64,000 nucleotides of DNA from Phoronis australis. Lineage: Eukaryota > Animalia > Phoronida. The stretch is taken from the NCBI GenBank assembly GCA_002633005.1, contig NMRA01000016.1, positions 985,874-1,049,873 of the forward strand, written 5' to 3'. Each line of letters opens with the position of its first letter. Position 1 is the stretch's first letter. Both the position numbers and the translations under genes were made by a program. Below are positions 1 to 13,600 of this stretch, in pieces. Under the pieces are notes generated by a model. The model worked only from the letters and a program-made list of their open reading frames with translations, did not search any database and had not been told where the DNA came from.

Positions 1-2163
1 AGCAGACAAAATTCAAAATTGGTTGAAAAAGCGTGAAGCACAGTAACATCAAGACAAGCGTCCCTGGCAACAGGAAATAAAATATTGTATTAAAACAAGA
101 ACATTAACGGCTATCGAAAGGATGAAAGTTGGAACGACTTGAAAACAACTTTTAGTCACATACACACTATAAACATGTGGATATTTTCCCGGAATATTCC
201 ACGAATAATATTTTCTGTTGAAGATCTTTATAGCAAAACGCTGTTGAAGAGAAATTTTGTTCCTAGTCAACCGTTCACATGTCGATCAGCTTGTCGGAGA
301 CTTGTGATTTTTGACGACCGCATAAAGTGAATCTGGCTAGTGGATTAAGCAATTATTATTTACAGCAGCCAAATATTTTTGTAATTTTGCAGTTTGTGTT
401 CAACTCCTACACCGTAACAGGCTGCCACTGTAATAATTCAGAGTTCCAGTTAGATTGTATAAATTCTGAAACATTTTTGTGAGGACAAAAGCCCTCAACG
501 CCTTGACCCACCTTCGGGAATTGCTTATTAATTTCGTATCGTACAGTGGCAGCATTCATACAGTTTACTAAAAACGCAGTGTGTAAAACCTAAAGGCCTA
601 TGGTCCGAGTTATAAAAGAAATAACCTCTTTACGCCGTTTTAGTCGTTTTTTGGTGTGACATGATGTTCAAAAAGTTATTTACTTCCAACACGTGCAAAA
701 AATTTTGAAACAAATCGTTGTAAATACTACAAACGAGTGAAATGTTTACAAAGAATAAAAAATGTATGTTGAAATAGAAGCAAATAGTACAACAACGCAA
801 GAGCAGCTACAGATGTAGAGGTCAATAGAAATACAAATGGCGGAGACTAGAAGGTCTATGTAGTGTACGTCCGAAGCCAAAACGCAGTCGTTCTACTCGA
901 CGAGATTCAAAAAGGACGTGTTAGCCAATATAAAAAGCGGCATTACCAACAAACCGTGTACCTGTAAGCGACTCGTTTGACAGGTAGGAAACAATGAGGA
1001 CAAGACTGCATGTTCGAACTCATGAAGATTTTACAACTACAAAAGTACAAGGCTTTCGATGGACAAGTATAAGCTGAAGTAAGTGTGCTGTTTGTGAAAT
1101 GTTCGGTGACTCGTATACATGGTTAGAGCATTCACTGAAGGGTAACTGATCTCAGTCAGCATACATCGGGCCTGAATCATTTTAAAGAGCCTCAATTCGA
1201 TCCTGCGATTTGTTGCGCTTACTAATACTACGTACTAATTCACGCTGACCCAAATTAGTTACACCATGTTAGTGTTAACTGCTAATTAGGCCCTTCCATT
1301 CTATTGTCGACACGTCGATGTTTTGGGGAGGTGCAGTCAGTATGAACGGTTAACTTCGGTCCTGAATCGAAATTAACTGTGTCAATGATGCATCTGCACT
1401 ACGTTGCGATTACTTCGATGACAACATAGTCAGCTACTTTTTACTTAGACATCCGTTAACTACCGAAACCGGCCGGTATAAACGGTTCAATTGACTTCGC
1501 AGTACATGTCGACGCTGTGGTCATGCAGACCGGAGTTAAGTCAGCATGAAAGGGCTTTTAGATCGATTTCCAGTAGCAAAACAGTGTAGAAGTTGGTGTA
1601 AAGAACTGTCGTGGCAGAGGGGAGAGACGTCTGTAGGATGTGTTAGGGACTTCACCTGGCCATGCCAATAGTTTATTAGAAAGCTCACATCCTGTTGGTC
1701 GTACTGAGCACAGTGGGGAGGAAGTCTTGGTCAATTTGCCTATACTTGAGAATGTCTAATTAGTTTTGCTTTGTTTTTTTAGTTATGAAAATACTGACCA
1801 CCTACACAAGCCCATATAACATTAAGTTGGTCTCTCTTATTTCATTATAAGTTTTAAAAGAAAGAATAGGTGATCCAAACTTATTCAGTTATCGATGGCC
1901 ACTTTTCTCTGTATTTCCATCTTAGACTGTGCAGGTTAGGAGAAAATGGTTACTTGCAGTCCGCATGGTCCAAGCACATTACTTGAACCCACTACCTCAA
2001 AAAATTAGCCAATCAAGTCATGTGACTGGAGTGCAAATCTTATGTTTGCTCATGTCATGGAATTGCTCAATTTTCGAGTTGTGTATCGAATACAGAGATT
2101 AGGCTATGGGCTCTAATGTAAGCCTGAATTTTCATCAATAATAAGTCAGTGTAACAGAGCAAA

Positions 2164-2411
2164 GGCCTGTTCCAAGAAACTGACTTAAGTTCATTTTTGA
2201 CTTAAGTTCAAGATTTCTCTTAACTTCCAAACTTTGAAACTTCCACATTCGGTAAGTAAGTCAAAATTAAGACAAAACTTATATCAAACACTTAAAAGTC
2301 AAACTTAAGATCTATTTCTTGAATAGGTTTTGAGACAAATTTAACATTTATTTTAAAATTTACAAAAAATTAAGATTTGTCTTAGCTAAGTCAGTTTTGC
2401 TGGAAAGGGCC
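2164..2411. mobile_element. MITE with ~25-bp imperfect TIRs
   Basis: GGCCTGTTCCAAGAAACTGACTTA at the left end and TAAGTCAGTTTTGCTGGAAAGGGCC at the right end; internal CTTAAG-type subrepeats; non-coding. Confidence 0.65.
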
Positions 2412-2499
2412 CCAAGTCTCCACTGAACATCAAAAATGTGTATTTCCTCTCATCAGGCATACGTTTCAGTTCAATTGCACATGATAACGATCAATTTCC

Positions 2500-2735
2500 A
2501 GGAAGGCCAAGGAAGGAAACACCCTTCTCCTAAGCCTGTCGCTAGCGAAGTCCCCGACACATACAGTAGCGCCCACATGCCCACGTAACAAAGGCGCACT
2601 GAAGACGCAACAAAGACATTAGCATAAGAATAACTGAGCATTTGCAACTAAATAAGAATAACAATAAGCGTAAAGTTACGAACGTCCCGTCACATTCTCC
2701 CCCCTAACAAAAAATGTCGTCCCGACATCATTAAC
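2500..2735 (-). mobile_element. Gypsy-type LTR retrotransposon remnant (PPT plus start of 3' LTR)
   Basis: Minus strand reads TGTCGGGACGACATTTTTTGTT-AGGGGGGAGAA-TGTGACGG: a polypurine tract directly followed by a TG LTR start at 2694. Left limit approximate. Confidence 0.5.
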
Positions 2736-5700
2736 ATACAATATGAAAACAAAGCGCAGAATGATGCTGTCTCATCTACAAATTTTGCCTTCTGGTAATT
2801 AAGTCAAAGTTGTTTGACTGAAAGTACATTCTTAAATCTCGTGATTGCTCCTGGTAAAACGAGTCAAATTGTATTTGAACCCTCCTTCGTCACCTTTACT
2901 TTCAGAATGAGTGGTTTAGACCAACCCTCTGTACAAACTTCTTTGGAAGAATCCCAGACTGGACATAGAAGCATATCATCTGTAGAAACCTTGAGGTATT
3001 TCTTCATTCATTTTCTTAATATCTCATGGAGTGAAGTTTCATATTTTATTCAACACACAATCCTAACCAAAGATATCACTGTTTCGTTTACAGTATTTAA
3101 ACTTGCCTTGTTTAAAACACGTTCAATTTCTATTCAGGGATTCATCCAGGATTTCGAAAAGAGGATGTCTAAGATGGGGTGCACAATATTTTAGGGTGTT
3201 CGTGATTCCGACAACGCATTACCCCTACCACCGTGCACCAGCAACCCCCCACACAGTGATTTTTTTACAAAAATACGTTGATCAAAGCGTTTACATCTGC
3301 GTTTTCAAAATAACCCCCCGTAGCGAGCTTTTTTGACTAAAACGCTGCTTGGAGCTAGACATCTAAATTTATGAATTCAACCAAGCAGCTTACCATACAA
3401 ATATTAGCCAGAGATATTTTTGAAGGATGAGTGCTCTCCGCAAATGATGTGTGGCAACAGGCGTCACTGCTGTTCCATACTAAAACTTGAAAATGCACAT
3501 TGAAATGCATGAAACAGTGTTTTGTTTGAATTATAAATATTAGGTTTGTGTAAACCCTACATGTACTTCAGCGCGATGTTTTCCTTCTAACGTATCAGTG
3601 CTTTGGAGGACGTCCAGTTGAGCAAGAAACAGTTGTAATGTAACTAATTTGCAAGTGGAAATTTTCAACTGGCTTACAACTGTAATATAACTGCAAGCTA
3701 ATTCCAGCTGCTGGTTGAAATTCTGTGTATCATTTTGGTGTGGGGAGCAATCATGATTTCCAAAAACCTTATTTTGAAAATTTGCCTTTGTACGATTCCA
3801 TCTGTCGATTCAATGTCACTGTTTCATATTCATATATATAGGTCTGAGTTTTCAGCCTAGAAGCCTCAGAATGAATTTTAAACTAAATGTCTCTCACACT
3901 TGTTGATACTGGCATTCAGTCGGTGGCAAAGACACAGGTATCATTACTTGTACCCAATGGTAGTTTTCTTTGCACTGTATCTTTGGTTTTAGTGTTTCAG
4001 TGCTCAATTATATTGTAACTTTTCACAATAGTTTACACTTACAGGCTTCACAGGTACTTCAGTGAGAAATCCAAGAACTATGCAGTCAAGGATCAAGACA
4101 GGTCTATACTCCACTGCCATCGGTGTCCATAATTAGCAGATGCTTGGGAAAAAAAAACATGACGTGCACAAACATGACACATGACTTCCAGGAGCCACCC
4201 AGTTCATTGCCTTGACGATCAATGGTTTTGCAATGACAACAAATATTATTTGATCTATCAAAAGAACTATCACTGCTTCAGTGAACATTTGACACTAACT
4301 TAACAGTTACTTTTGCACAGTAGCTTGACGTGGATATGCATTGTTGTCAATACAAAAGGAGAAGGCCATATTTTTCATCTTACTCAATTTACCGTACAGC
4401 ATATAAGTCTGACATTTTACTTTTTATATATGTAAACCAAAAATACTTGATCACTGTTCGGCTACATGTGACTCCAAAGCTGTGATACAGTTCCTGCTTT
4501 GTAATTGAAGTGTTCATGTATCTTGGTTCATGTTGAGTCTATCAACTATCATCATCAGGTTTTGTTGATCCACATGGTTGTGTGAATTGACAACGTACAT
4601 GTAACTAAAATAAATGTGTCCAGGACTTCAAACATATTTCGATTAATTACATGTCATGCAGTAACTTTTGTTTGCATTTACATTTCTGCTGTGTTGAGAA
4701 TTACTGCAGTGAAATGCATTTGATGTTGTACGGGTTAAACTTTGGCACTGAAAATCCATTTTGTTTGTTAATGTGATCATTTTTCATTGCTGTTAAAGCT
4801 GATATGAACCTGCCATCCTTAAACTAACTCTTGATTTTGACTATTTATTGTCTCGGTCCATTCCTTACTCAAAGTACACGTGATTCCTGGAATTAGAAAA
4901 AACTTACAGTTCGTTATAGCCCAAGCCTCAGTTTATCAAGTTATCTTGAAACAGCATGACATTTTCTGTAGGTGAATTTGTTACAAGCCAGGAAACCCAT
5001 CCTCACTTGGATAAAGAAACTTACTGATAGGAGGTCTGATGCGGAAAATGGTGAAAATCAAGTTACTTTATTGTTGACCGAATGTTGATTCGTAGCAACT
5101 TTACTAATGGTGTTTCATTGCTTTAAGTCTTCATCCGATTTTCAGTATGAAACTAAGAAATAGTATAGGGTAAAAAATTTGTTTATTAGTACCACAAACA
5201 AATCACATCCTTTTGGTCACATCACGTGACTTAACGTTCGAAAAGATTTCTGCTCTTGACGGGGACGGGGGCAGAAATCTTTTTGGACTGATATTCAATA
5301 GGTCATGGGATGTGACCAAAAGATGGCGTGCTGACGGGAAAAACTGTTCACGACATTTTTCCATGCCTTGCTGAAAAAAATTATTTATACATACCTTACA
5401 GTACTGTTGGCAATCCATTGTTGATATTTTGGTATTTATACTTAAATTTCAGATAAACGCTACAAAAAACTCACATAAGGAATGTGTTTTATTGTTTTTT
5501 TTAGTTTGACTGAAACCGAACCTTATCATGAACCTGCCAATAATTCATCGATAGTCCTTAATGAATTTTCATGTCACGGGTGTACTGCCAAGGCCGTAAT
5601 AATGTTTCCACTTCACAATTGCCAGGTAAAGTTTTAGTCCAGTTATCATTAATACATAATAGCTTAGAATTTTTTTTTTAAATTTTCTCAATAAATAGCA

Positions 5701-6429
5701 ATTATGAGCATATCTTCAGATACTTTATTTATTTGTTAAATTGAATTTTGGGTATTTGTCTGAAACAATTTTGTTGACTGCAAGACCAAATCTCTGTAGC
5801 CATAGCTTTGCAATAAAAATGTTATAAGGTTATTCCAAGTGGCATGTCAGCAGTGTTTTCTTTCACAGAGTCACGTGTGTGCATAGTGAGGGTGCTTAAC
5901 TGGATTTCCAAAACTGTCTTTATAAGAAATACTCACAGGCATAAGCAAAATACAAGTGACTGGTTACTTCTATTAGATCTTTTCACTGTAGTGGACACTC
6001 CTCAGCATCTTCCACGGGTACACCATGATGACAATCACAACTGGTGATACCCACCACCCCAGTGAGTATGGACACAGCAAGTTGAATACAATGCCCTCAT
6101 CCTCAGATTCATATACTTATGTGAGGCTAAAAAAACTCAAACCACATTAAATTTGAGTTGTAGTTAAACATGACCTCAACATGAAGGGGAATGTTTATTT
6201 TTCCAACCACATTCTTGTTGGTGTCAGCATATCTGCAAACTGGTTGTTTTTCTTCAAAAGAACAGTGGTCCATAATTAATGAAGTTTTGTAATTTTCAGC
6301 ACTTCATGTGGCATATTTTAGTGAGACATAGCAAATGTATTATATTACAGGTTTTTACTTTTGTTACCTATTAAACCTGTGTGATTAATGATGAAAGAAA
6401 ACAATAAGAGTGACTTGATAACACAAAAG

Positions 6430-7146
6430 TTATGCAGAACCGGTTCTATGGCGTTCAGAAACGAGAGTGTTTCAAGCCTTGAATTCCAAGCATACCTGCA
6501 TGTGTAGAGACGGAACATCAAGTGCCACCTAAGCCTATTCCTCTGCACATGACTCAGTACTCTGATTATGTTGCTTGAGTATTGTTGTTATTGTTGGTGA
6601 AGTGGTGATGCACACTACGATAAACCTTTAAAAACATGATAATCATATAAAGTGCCAATCTGAGCAGTACATAGATAACATTGATCAATACATTCCATAC
6701 GATGCACATTTTCGAAAAAGTGTTAGAACACTTCAATGTTCTAGCTGTTTCCATACAAATTAAGTTTAGTTCCTGCGTTAACTTGCCAATGCTGATGCTA
6801 GAAGTCTGATAACAGCTGACATTAAAGGATAATAGATGATTTTCGAAGCACTCTTTATGCCCTGTGCCATGTAAACTGATGGACTGTGTTCTTGATAAAG
6901 TTAGTCTGCAAGGGCCTAGTCGCACAATCAAATTTCAAGAAATGGTAAATTAGGTAAAAGCAGGCACTTTCGTTAACCTTCCCCTGTCTGTAGCCCTTTA
7001 TTCACCCAATAGGAACCATACCACTGATAATACAAGATGTAATCTGCTCGATCTTTATGAATGCTCGTACTGATCTGCCTTTGGCTATACCTTTTTGCAT
7101 TTGAGGAGGTCCCATTTACAGTATATTGTCCTGTAATGATGTGACC
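6430..7146 (-). pseudogene. Degenerate transposon accessory gene, putative His-Me finger nuclease (KolobokP-type)
   Basis: Reading through stops and frameshifts: HIITGQY..YQWYGSYWVNKGLQ..CFENHLLSFNVSCYQ..CIVWNVLINVIY..QAT*SEY*VMCRGIGLGGT*CSVSTHAGMLG; Cys/His spacing resembles a His-Me finger. Confidence 0.5.
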
Positions 7147-10100
7147 ACTCCCAGTGTCCTGCAATTGGAGAACCAGAATTCTACTCTGAATAAAAGGCAT
7201 CAAATGTGTTGTGTCCCACTCCCACGCATGGTTTTGTATGATCTCACCTTTCTTGCAACAAACTTCAGTTCACCAGCACTTCCGAAGCTTGCTTGCAATC
7301 AGTTCGAGGCTTCATCGCTGATCCAGTGGTTTGTATCAGTGTTGGATTTAGAGGGGTCAAGGGGGCCATGACCTCCCTAAAATTCTCCCAGATCCCATTT
7401 GGTATTTCGGAGTGCAAATGTTTGGTGAACTAAATCCTGGCTAATACTCTGTCCTGCCCTCCAACTCAAAATCCTGGATTTGCCCCTGTTAGTAGAATAA
7501 ACTGGTAGAGTATAGAGTCCCTGGTGACAGATGATGCTCTTCTTATGGCAATGAAAAACCACGAATAGTTTTGCAATTCAAGTCTTAAGTCTGAAAATTT
7601 CCAGCAGGTAGAAATTCAACCCACGACCATTGAGTGACAAACAGGGTCTATCCAACCACAATAACATTACACTCAGTTTCAGTCAAAACCTTGATAGACC
7701 TAGGGCTAGGTTTAGGGATATCCTTGGTACAAAGCTGTATACTAAGTATACTACTATGGTAATAGTTTCATCCTACTTCTAAGCGTAATAGTTAGACTGT
7801 TAAGGTCATACAGGGAGCAATATCGTCATCAAAATGTCCAAGAAACGAATAAATTACCTGGTTAAGGCGAACTTTTCTTTTTCGAAAGAGTACCAGAAAC
7901 ACCTGACTACTTGTCTCAAGTTGCCGAAAGGTCAAACCGCACAGCATTATGGGCAACATTCGTTTGTTTTGATCACGCACATTTTAAGAAAATAAAAAAT
8001 AAATTAAAAGAAAAAATTTGTACAGACAGTAGATCGACCCCATACTTACGAAAAGTTCTAATTAAGTATCAGAGAGTATGTTTCAATGGTTTTAGGCAGA
8101 TTCACGATGTCTTTAAAACGTTTAAACACGGGCCATATGACTTTAAAATTTTACCGATTTTTTACGTTGCCTTTTATCCTCCTAAAACTAGTGTTCGTAG
8201 TTTATCGTTTTGTAACTGCCGGTGAAAAGCAATACCCCGGACTCATACATCTCCAAAACAGCTAACCAACCCGAAAAACACAAACCCTGACCTTAAGAAT
8301 CCCGAGGATTGGACAGGACACCTGTGAACCGGCGAAACACCACTCCTTGATTTTTTGTCAAAAATTGTTTGATGAAATAAATTTTTCTACTTTCAAAAGT
8401 AATCGAGATTTTATGTTTTAAAAATAACAATTTTAAACAACCTATGATGGATTAGCGCTCCACGTTATTCTTATTGTGGCGCAATCTTTTGTGTTGGCTT
8501 TTGGCGCCATGAAATATTGCGTCCGTTCATCTATTGGCCTGTTTCTTTTTCCCCTCAATTCGCAACTGTTCTTCTTCCACGAGATTGCTTACATGTATAT
8601 ATCACCAAAAATAAGCAGGCTAGCCGTTGTCCATTTTTCGATTGGTCTATGGTGAGAACACAACTAGTACCTAGGAAACATTGTTGAGTTAATCATGAAT
8701 CATATCATACCTTGAAAGGATGAACATTTTTTCGGTGTTTTTCAAAGTTTGTCTCAGGTTCAAGCTCTTCACCTTAGTAAGAACTCACTTTTTTCATACA
8801 CACGCCTCTAACTGCACTTTTTGCATTTAATAGGCCTATATAAGTACGAGCTAAGCTAGTTCGTGTAGATTGTGTTATGCGATATCCTTTTTGGCTGGTC
8901 GTGAGTGAACTACAGTGTAGGAGCATTGAAATGAATATGGAATTCCCAGTTCACTCGACCTACTTCAAGAATTGGCAGGTTATAGAAATTGGTGATACAA
9001 AATTAAAAATAAAAATACACAGTTTATCTGACCTTGTCGACAAATCAGTGTATATTATGACTCATCCAGTACAAGAATAATGTGTAGAAAATGATGCGTC
9101 GTTAATGAACTTATTTGAGATGAGAGAGCAACGTTTCGCCAATGTCTGCTCGCTTTTTCAAGCCTGTGCGACCTCAGGTAGTTTTGGTCGGAATTGGGTA
9201 AATCGGCAGGAAAATATAGTCAGTATCCTGTACCAGGTGTGTGATGGGTTGAATCTTATATATGTATATATGTACATGTGAACACAAATATATGCAAATT
9301 TGGTTGAATACACGACACATGCTCTTATTGAAAATGTTTATTCTGTTTCGATCGTATCCTCGGAACAAAGTTCGACTCTCAACAGAACGCTGGTAAAACA
9401 ACTGAACAAGAGACATGACAGACGCACGATATTATTTCGAAACAAGTGGAAACAAAAGAACGCGGTTACATCCCCACAGAGCATAAGTGGATACATAAAA
9501 AGGGACGCGGCACGTGTGAAATACGACAAAGAATGACAGATAAAGGGGGGGGGGTAACAGGAAAGTTACGCAAACAAGAGACAGGTGGCGAGACCCTGTT
9601 TGCTGCTCATTTAAACAGACTTCTCAAATACAATCAATTGGATTCCAATATTTTCAATCGCACATTGAGCTTTACGTAAGGTGTTTTCCACAATTTCTTG
9701 ACGGGTGATTTTAAGTTTGTGACATTGCAGAAAATGTTTTTAAATGGCGCCATTTTGAAGATGCATAGATAACCAACGGGAAAGGCTGCAATGTAACATT
9801 GCTAGACATTTGAACGAAAACATTCGTTCATAGGCCATAAACTCATAAACAACACTAGATTGGGCAACAGCATACATGTATTAATGTTATTTTTCGTGAC
9901 CTAGTTGGAGGACTTCCTATTCTGATGATAAATAATAGTGTCGAGGTAATCATTAGGCTTACAGCTTTTAACATTATCACTAATGATTTTTCTTAGTCGC
10001 GCGTTCGTCCTGGAGTTACATGTAATTATTGGATATAATATTTTTACAAAATGCGTCCAAGGCAATGATCTAATAATGGCTTAAATAACTTCCAGATTTG

Positions 10101-10532
10101 GGCACTGGTTCATCTTATCTTTCAGTCAATTCTGTAACGCTGGTGTTCCAAGAAGTTGGCATATTTCCGTTATTTAAACAACTGACGTACATGTACATTT
10201 TGTACGAGCAGTCGACACATTAGAAACGCCATTTAATATTACTAGAAATATAACACAATATATATTCTGACTTCTGTATATGACCAATGCCGCCCGCAAA
10301 GAAATTTAAAATTAAATAAATTTTGACAGATTTTCCAATGTTCGCAACCTCTACTTACACGAACTCGGATTAGAACTTAGTGACATTTAACGGAAATCAA
10401 TCTCCCATTCCATAGAGCGATGACGTTCTCTTTGGTAAATTTTGTGTGCAAAGTAGTCAACGATCAGTCAGTTAATGTTCCTTAAATGTTAATTGCAGCT
10501 CAATTTCCTCATCGGTTTTTGTCTTTTTACAG

Positions 10533-10673
10533 GTATCAAACCAGACAGAAATGGCTGCTTGCTCGCACCAAATTACATAAAATGTGCTGACGTCAACTCG
10601 TTTTGCAATGGATCTACATGTGCTTGTAAATCTGGGTATATCCACAATATTTCAAGTGAAGAATGCGTGCAAA
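10533..10673 (+). CDS. EGF/EB-like module exon 1 of ZP gene
   Basis: AG/GT flanks, phase 1-1, CLLAPNYIKCADVNSFCNGSTCACKSGY...C. Confidence 0.75.
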
Positions 10674-13600
10674 GTGAGTGGTATAATGCAGTTCCGCCTT
10701 GGTCAGCGAAAATCACCTTTTGGTCCAATACATTGAATGGCTGCAGTAAGAATACATGTACACATTATATAGAATGCCCTGTATTGGTCATCTTTATATA
10801 GTACAGCAGACATATAACGTACTTTCTAAATTCTAGGGATAGCTGTAGGAAAATCGTGCAAGGATGTTCCTAATGGCTGTCAGTATCCGTCAGAGTGCAA
10901 TGCTTCCAGACACTGCGCATGCCCGGAGAACACAACTGTTCTTGTTGAAGTTGGCACACAAGCAAGTTGTCGTAAGTACATGTATGCCATTCACAGTTCG
11001 CAGTTCATGCACACAAGGTCCGGATTTTGTAATATTACAGGGTAAATGTGAGATAAAGTCAAACCAATTTTCAAAAATCTTTGATAAGGTGTGAGTTTTC
11101 ACTACACTTAAGCCTATTCTGTGCGGAACGTTCACTAACCCTAATGTTGTGAAATGTAAGCTTCACGTCAAAGGTACATGTACATGTACTGTTGTGAGTT
11201 TCGGTCTTTTAGAAATTATCAGCCAAAACGCGACAATAAAATTGAACAATTCTCTATGTTGCGCTTTGAGTTTACAGAAAATAATGATCATATTTCAGGT
11301 TTTGTCCTCAATGCAACTGGATGTTCTAGCAAAGATATTGCAGAACTGTGTGTGCCTTCCTCGGTTTGCCAGAGTGACCGATGTGTTTGTCCGTTCGGCT
11401 TCAAGACAAATGGGCGCAGATGCGAAAAAGGTGAGCCATACAAACAAATTAGTCTGCATGAGAACAAATGCTTGCTCGACTGTAATTATCCGGTAGCCAT
11501 TGTTCAACAAAACGTTAACTTGATATTTGAGAAATAACTCCTTATTCTACGTCTACCCTTTTGCAGAATCGTCGTTGCTGAATTGCACGGTCAACGGTGA
11601 AGACAAATTCTGTTCAGTGGTTTTTCCTGGTAGCATTTGTCAAGGAGGTGTCTGTAGCTGTCCGACTGGGTTTTACAATTCGTCTGCATCATGTGAACCA
11701 GGTTGGATTTTGGACTCTGGGAACTCCACACGTTTAGCTGCAGCAACACACTGCAATAATTCGTAAACAACTTGCATCTCACAGCAATACTTCATTTACA
11801 GAGTTTCTGGCACTTGAAAAAAATGTACTAGAATTGTTGAGTCACTGTTTTAGCCTTTTACGCATTCTATGTTTGCTCTTAACTTGAAAGATATAATATT
11901 GAACTCGGCTACTAAGTGTGGGTTTATAGATCTTGCGACATGAGTGATCGTACACATCTTCCACTGCTATTGACTCAGTTCCGTATAGCACGCACAGGCC
12001 CCTGAATTATCTATGGGTGGTGCACCACAGGGGGTTGGTGGCTATTGCCGCCACTTTTGTCAGTGCAGCGCCACCCATGTTTATCTGTTCTTCGGTCACC
12101 AGTGACACCACTCACTGTTATGAAATATTAAGGTTGGGCACTAAACGCCAATTTTTGCTTAGAAGTTTCTACACAAGTATGCATCGAATTCTGCGAAATC
12201 TGTATCGAGCAAATGTTTGGATACCTTCTTTCACTTGATCAAATCAAATTGGTGACCTGAAGACAAAAAAATGTGAAAAAAACTCACAAATTTAAGGAGG
12301 TTATTCTGTGACGTCATGGCAGACTGCCTTTGCCGTTTCCAGATTTTTCACGGACGCTCACGAAGCAATACACCTTATTGTTAAGAGCAGTTCGTAAATC
12401 ATTCGCTCGGGTGGCGCCACACGTCACGCAAAGGAGTATGGGTAATATTTCGAAGTTCACTGAGAGAATGACGTATAGGATTGAATAAGATAAATTTAGT
12501 TGATGCCGTAAGGCTCAAGACATTTTTTTCTTCGATTTGTACCATTTAGAGAACCCAAACCAAAAATTCCAATTGGAGGTTGGTTCGATTGTCTGAAAGG
12601 CCAATCGTCTGACATACCTTCCCTACAAAAGCCGAGTGTTTGATTAAACCAAGAGTACCGCACAATGTCAAGATCAAACATACGATACTCCAGTTCTTGC
12701 AATCAAATTCTATACTAAATGAAAAAATAACACGAAGAAGGTTTTCATTACACTGGTTAATTAGAAGTTTAATTTTACTAGCCTCAATCTTTTGAAATGG
12801 ATGGCAACGTTCTTGTTTATATCATAAGGCTTTGTTTGCTTAAAACTCGAAGTTTGATTTTCCCCAGACGTACACGTTGAACACAACTCCTTGAAACAAA
12901 ACTTTTAGACAATTGAATTTCGGAGCTTAGCCTCGACAAAATGTTTGTGTCCAACCTTTTTTTTACTTATATACTTACAGTATGAGAGAATTCCGTCTGC
13001 TCGCACCACTCTTATTAAGTCTAAGCCATTCAAATTTGTACCAGCGCGTAGTAATATCACATTTAAGCAAATGGTTTTGTTCGCCCATGCAATTCTGTTA
13101 GACTTGGGACCGGCTGTCGAAGTTTTCATGGGGTTTGATAATTAGTTTGGCCAAACCCCGTCCTATTAAGGGTTTGTAGCAATACGTTTGTACGTCCTAA
13201 GAATGATTCGTAAACCTGATAATTGCAGTAATCATCAACACCCACTGCTCTAACAACAGCATGTGCAGTGACGCAGTTCCCCGCAGCCAATGTATTAACG
13301 AGAAGTGCGCATGTCATGACACCACGTATTACTGGAAGCATAGTGACGGCAAGCAAGAATGTCGTAAGTTAAATAAAGCTTATTACATGGCGAAGTCGTT
13401 ATCCCCCGTTATCTAGAGCCCGAGTGGATTTTGGAGAATTATCACCCGAGGGGAACAGTACCCTCTCATCATCGGAAAGTCATAAACTATTGCAATGTGT
13501 GTTCAGCTAATACATGTATGAGCAGGGTAAAGGTTTCTGTTGAGATGAATATATGAAAGGGACAACTGTTATCCACAGTTCTCAGCATTGGCTGTAATCC

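Larger units (their letters stand above)
594..8142. mobile_element. Decayed Kolobok-superfamily (KolobokP-like) DNA transposon region
   Basis: Imperfect terminal inverted repeats AGGCCTATGGTCCGAGTT (594) and AACACGGGCCATATGACT (ends 8142), flanked by CTAA/TTAA. Transposase-like fragments on + near 4060-4250 (RIKTGLYSTAIGVHN, PGATQFIALT) and a broken Cys/His-rich ORF on - at about 6430-7146. Outer boundaries are inferred. Confidence 0.45.

Noticed and set aside
9600-10140. Candidate first or signal-peptide exons of the ZP gene
   Set aside because: No ATG plus hydrophobic segment plus phase-1 donor combination could be fixed confidently.
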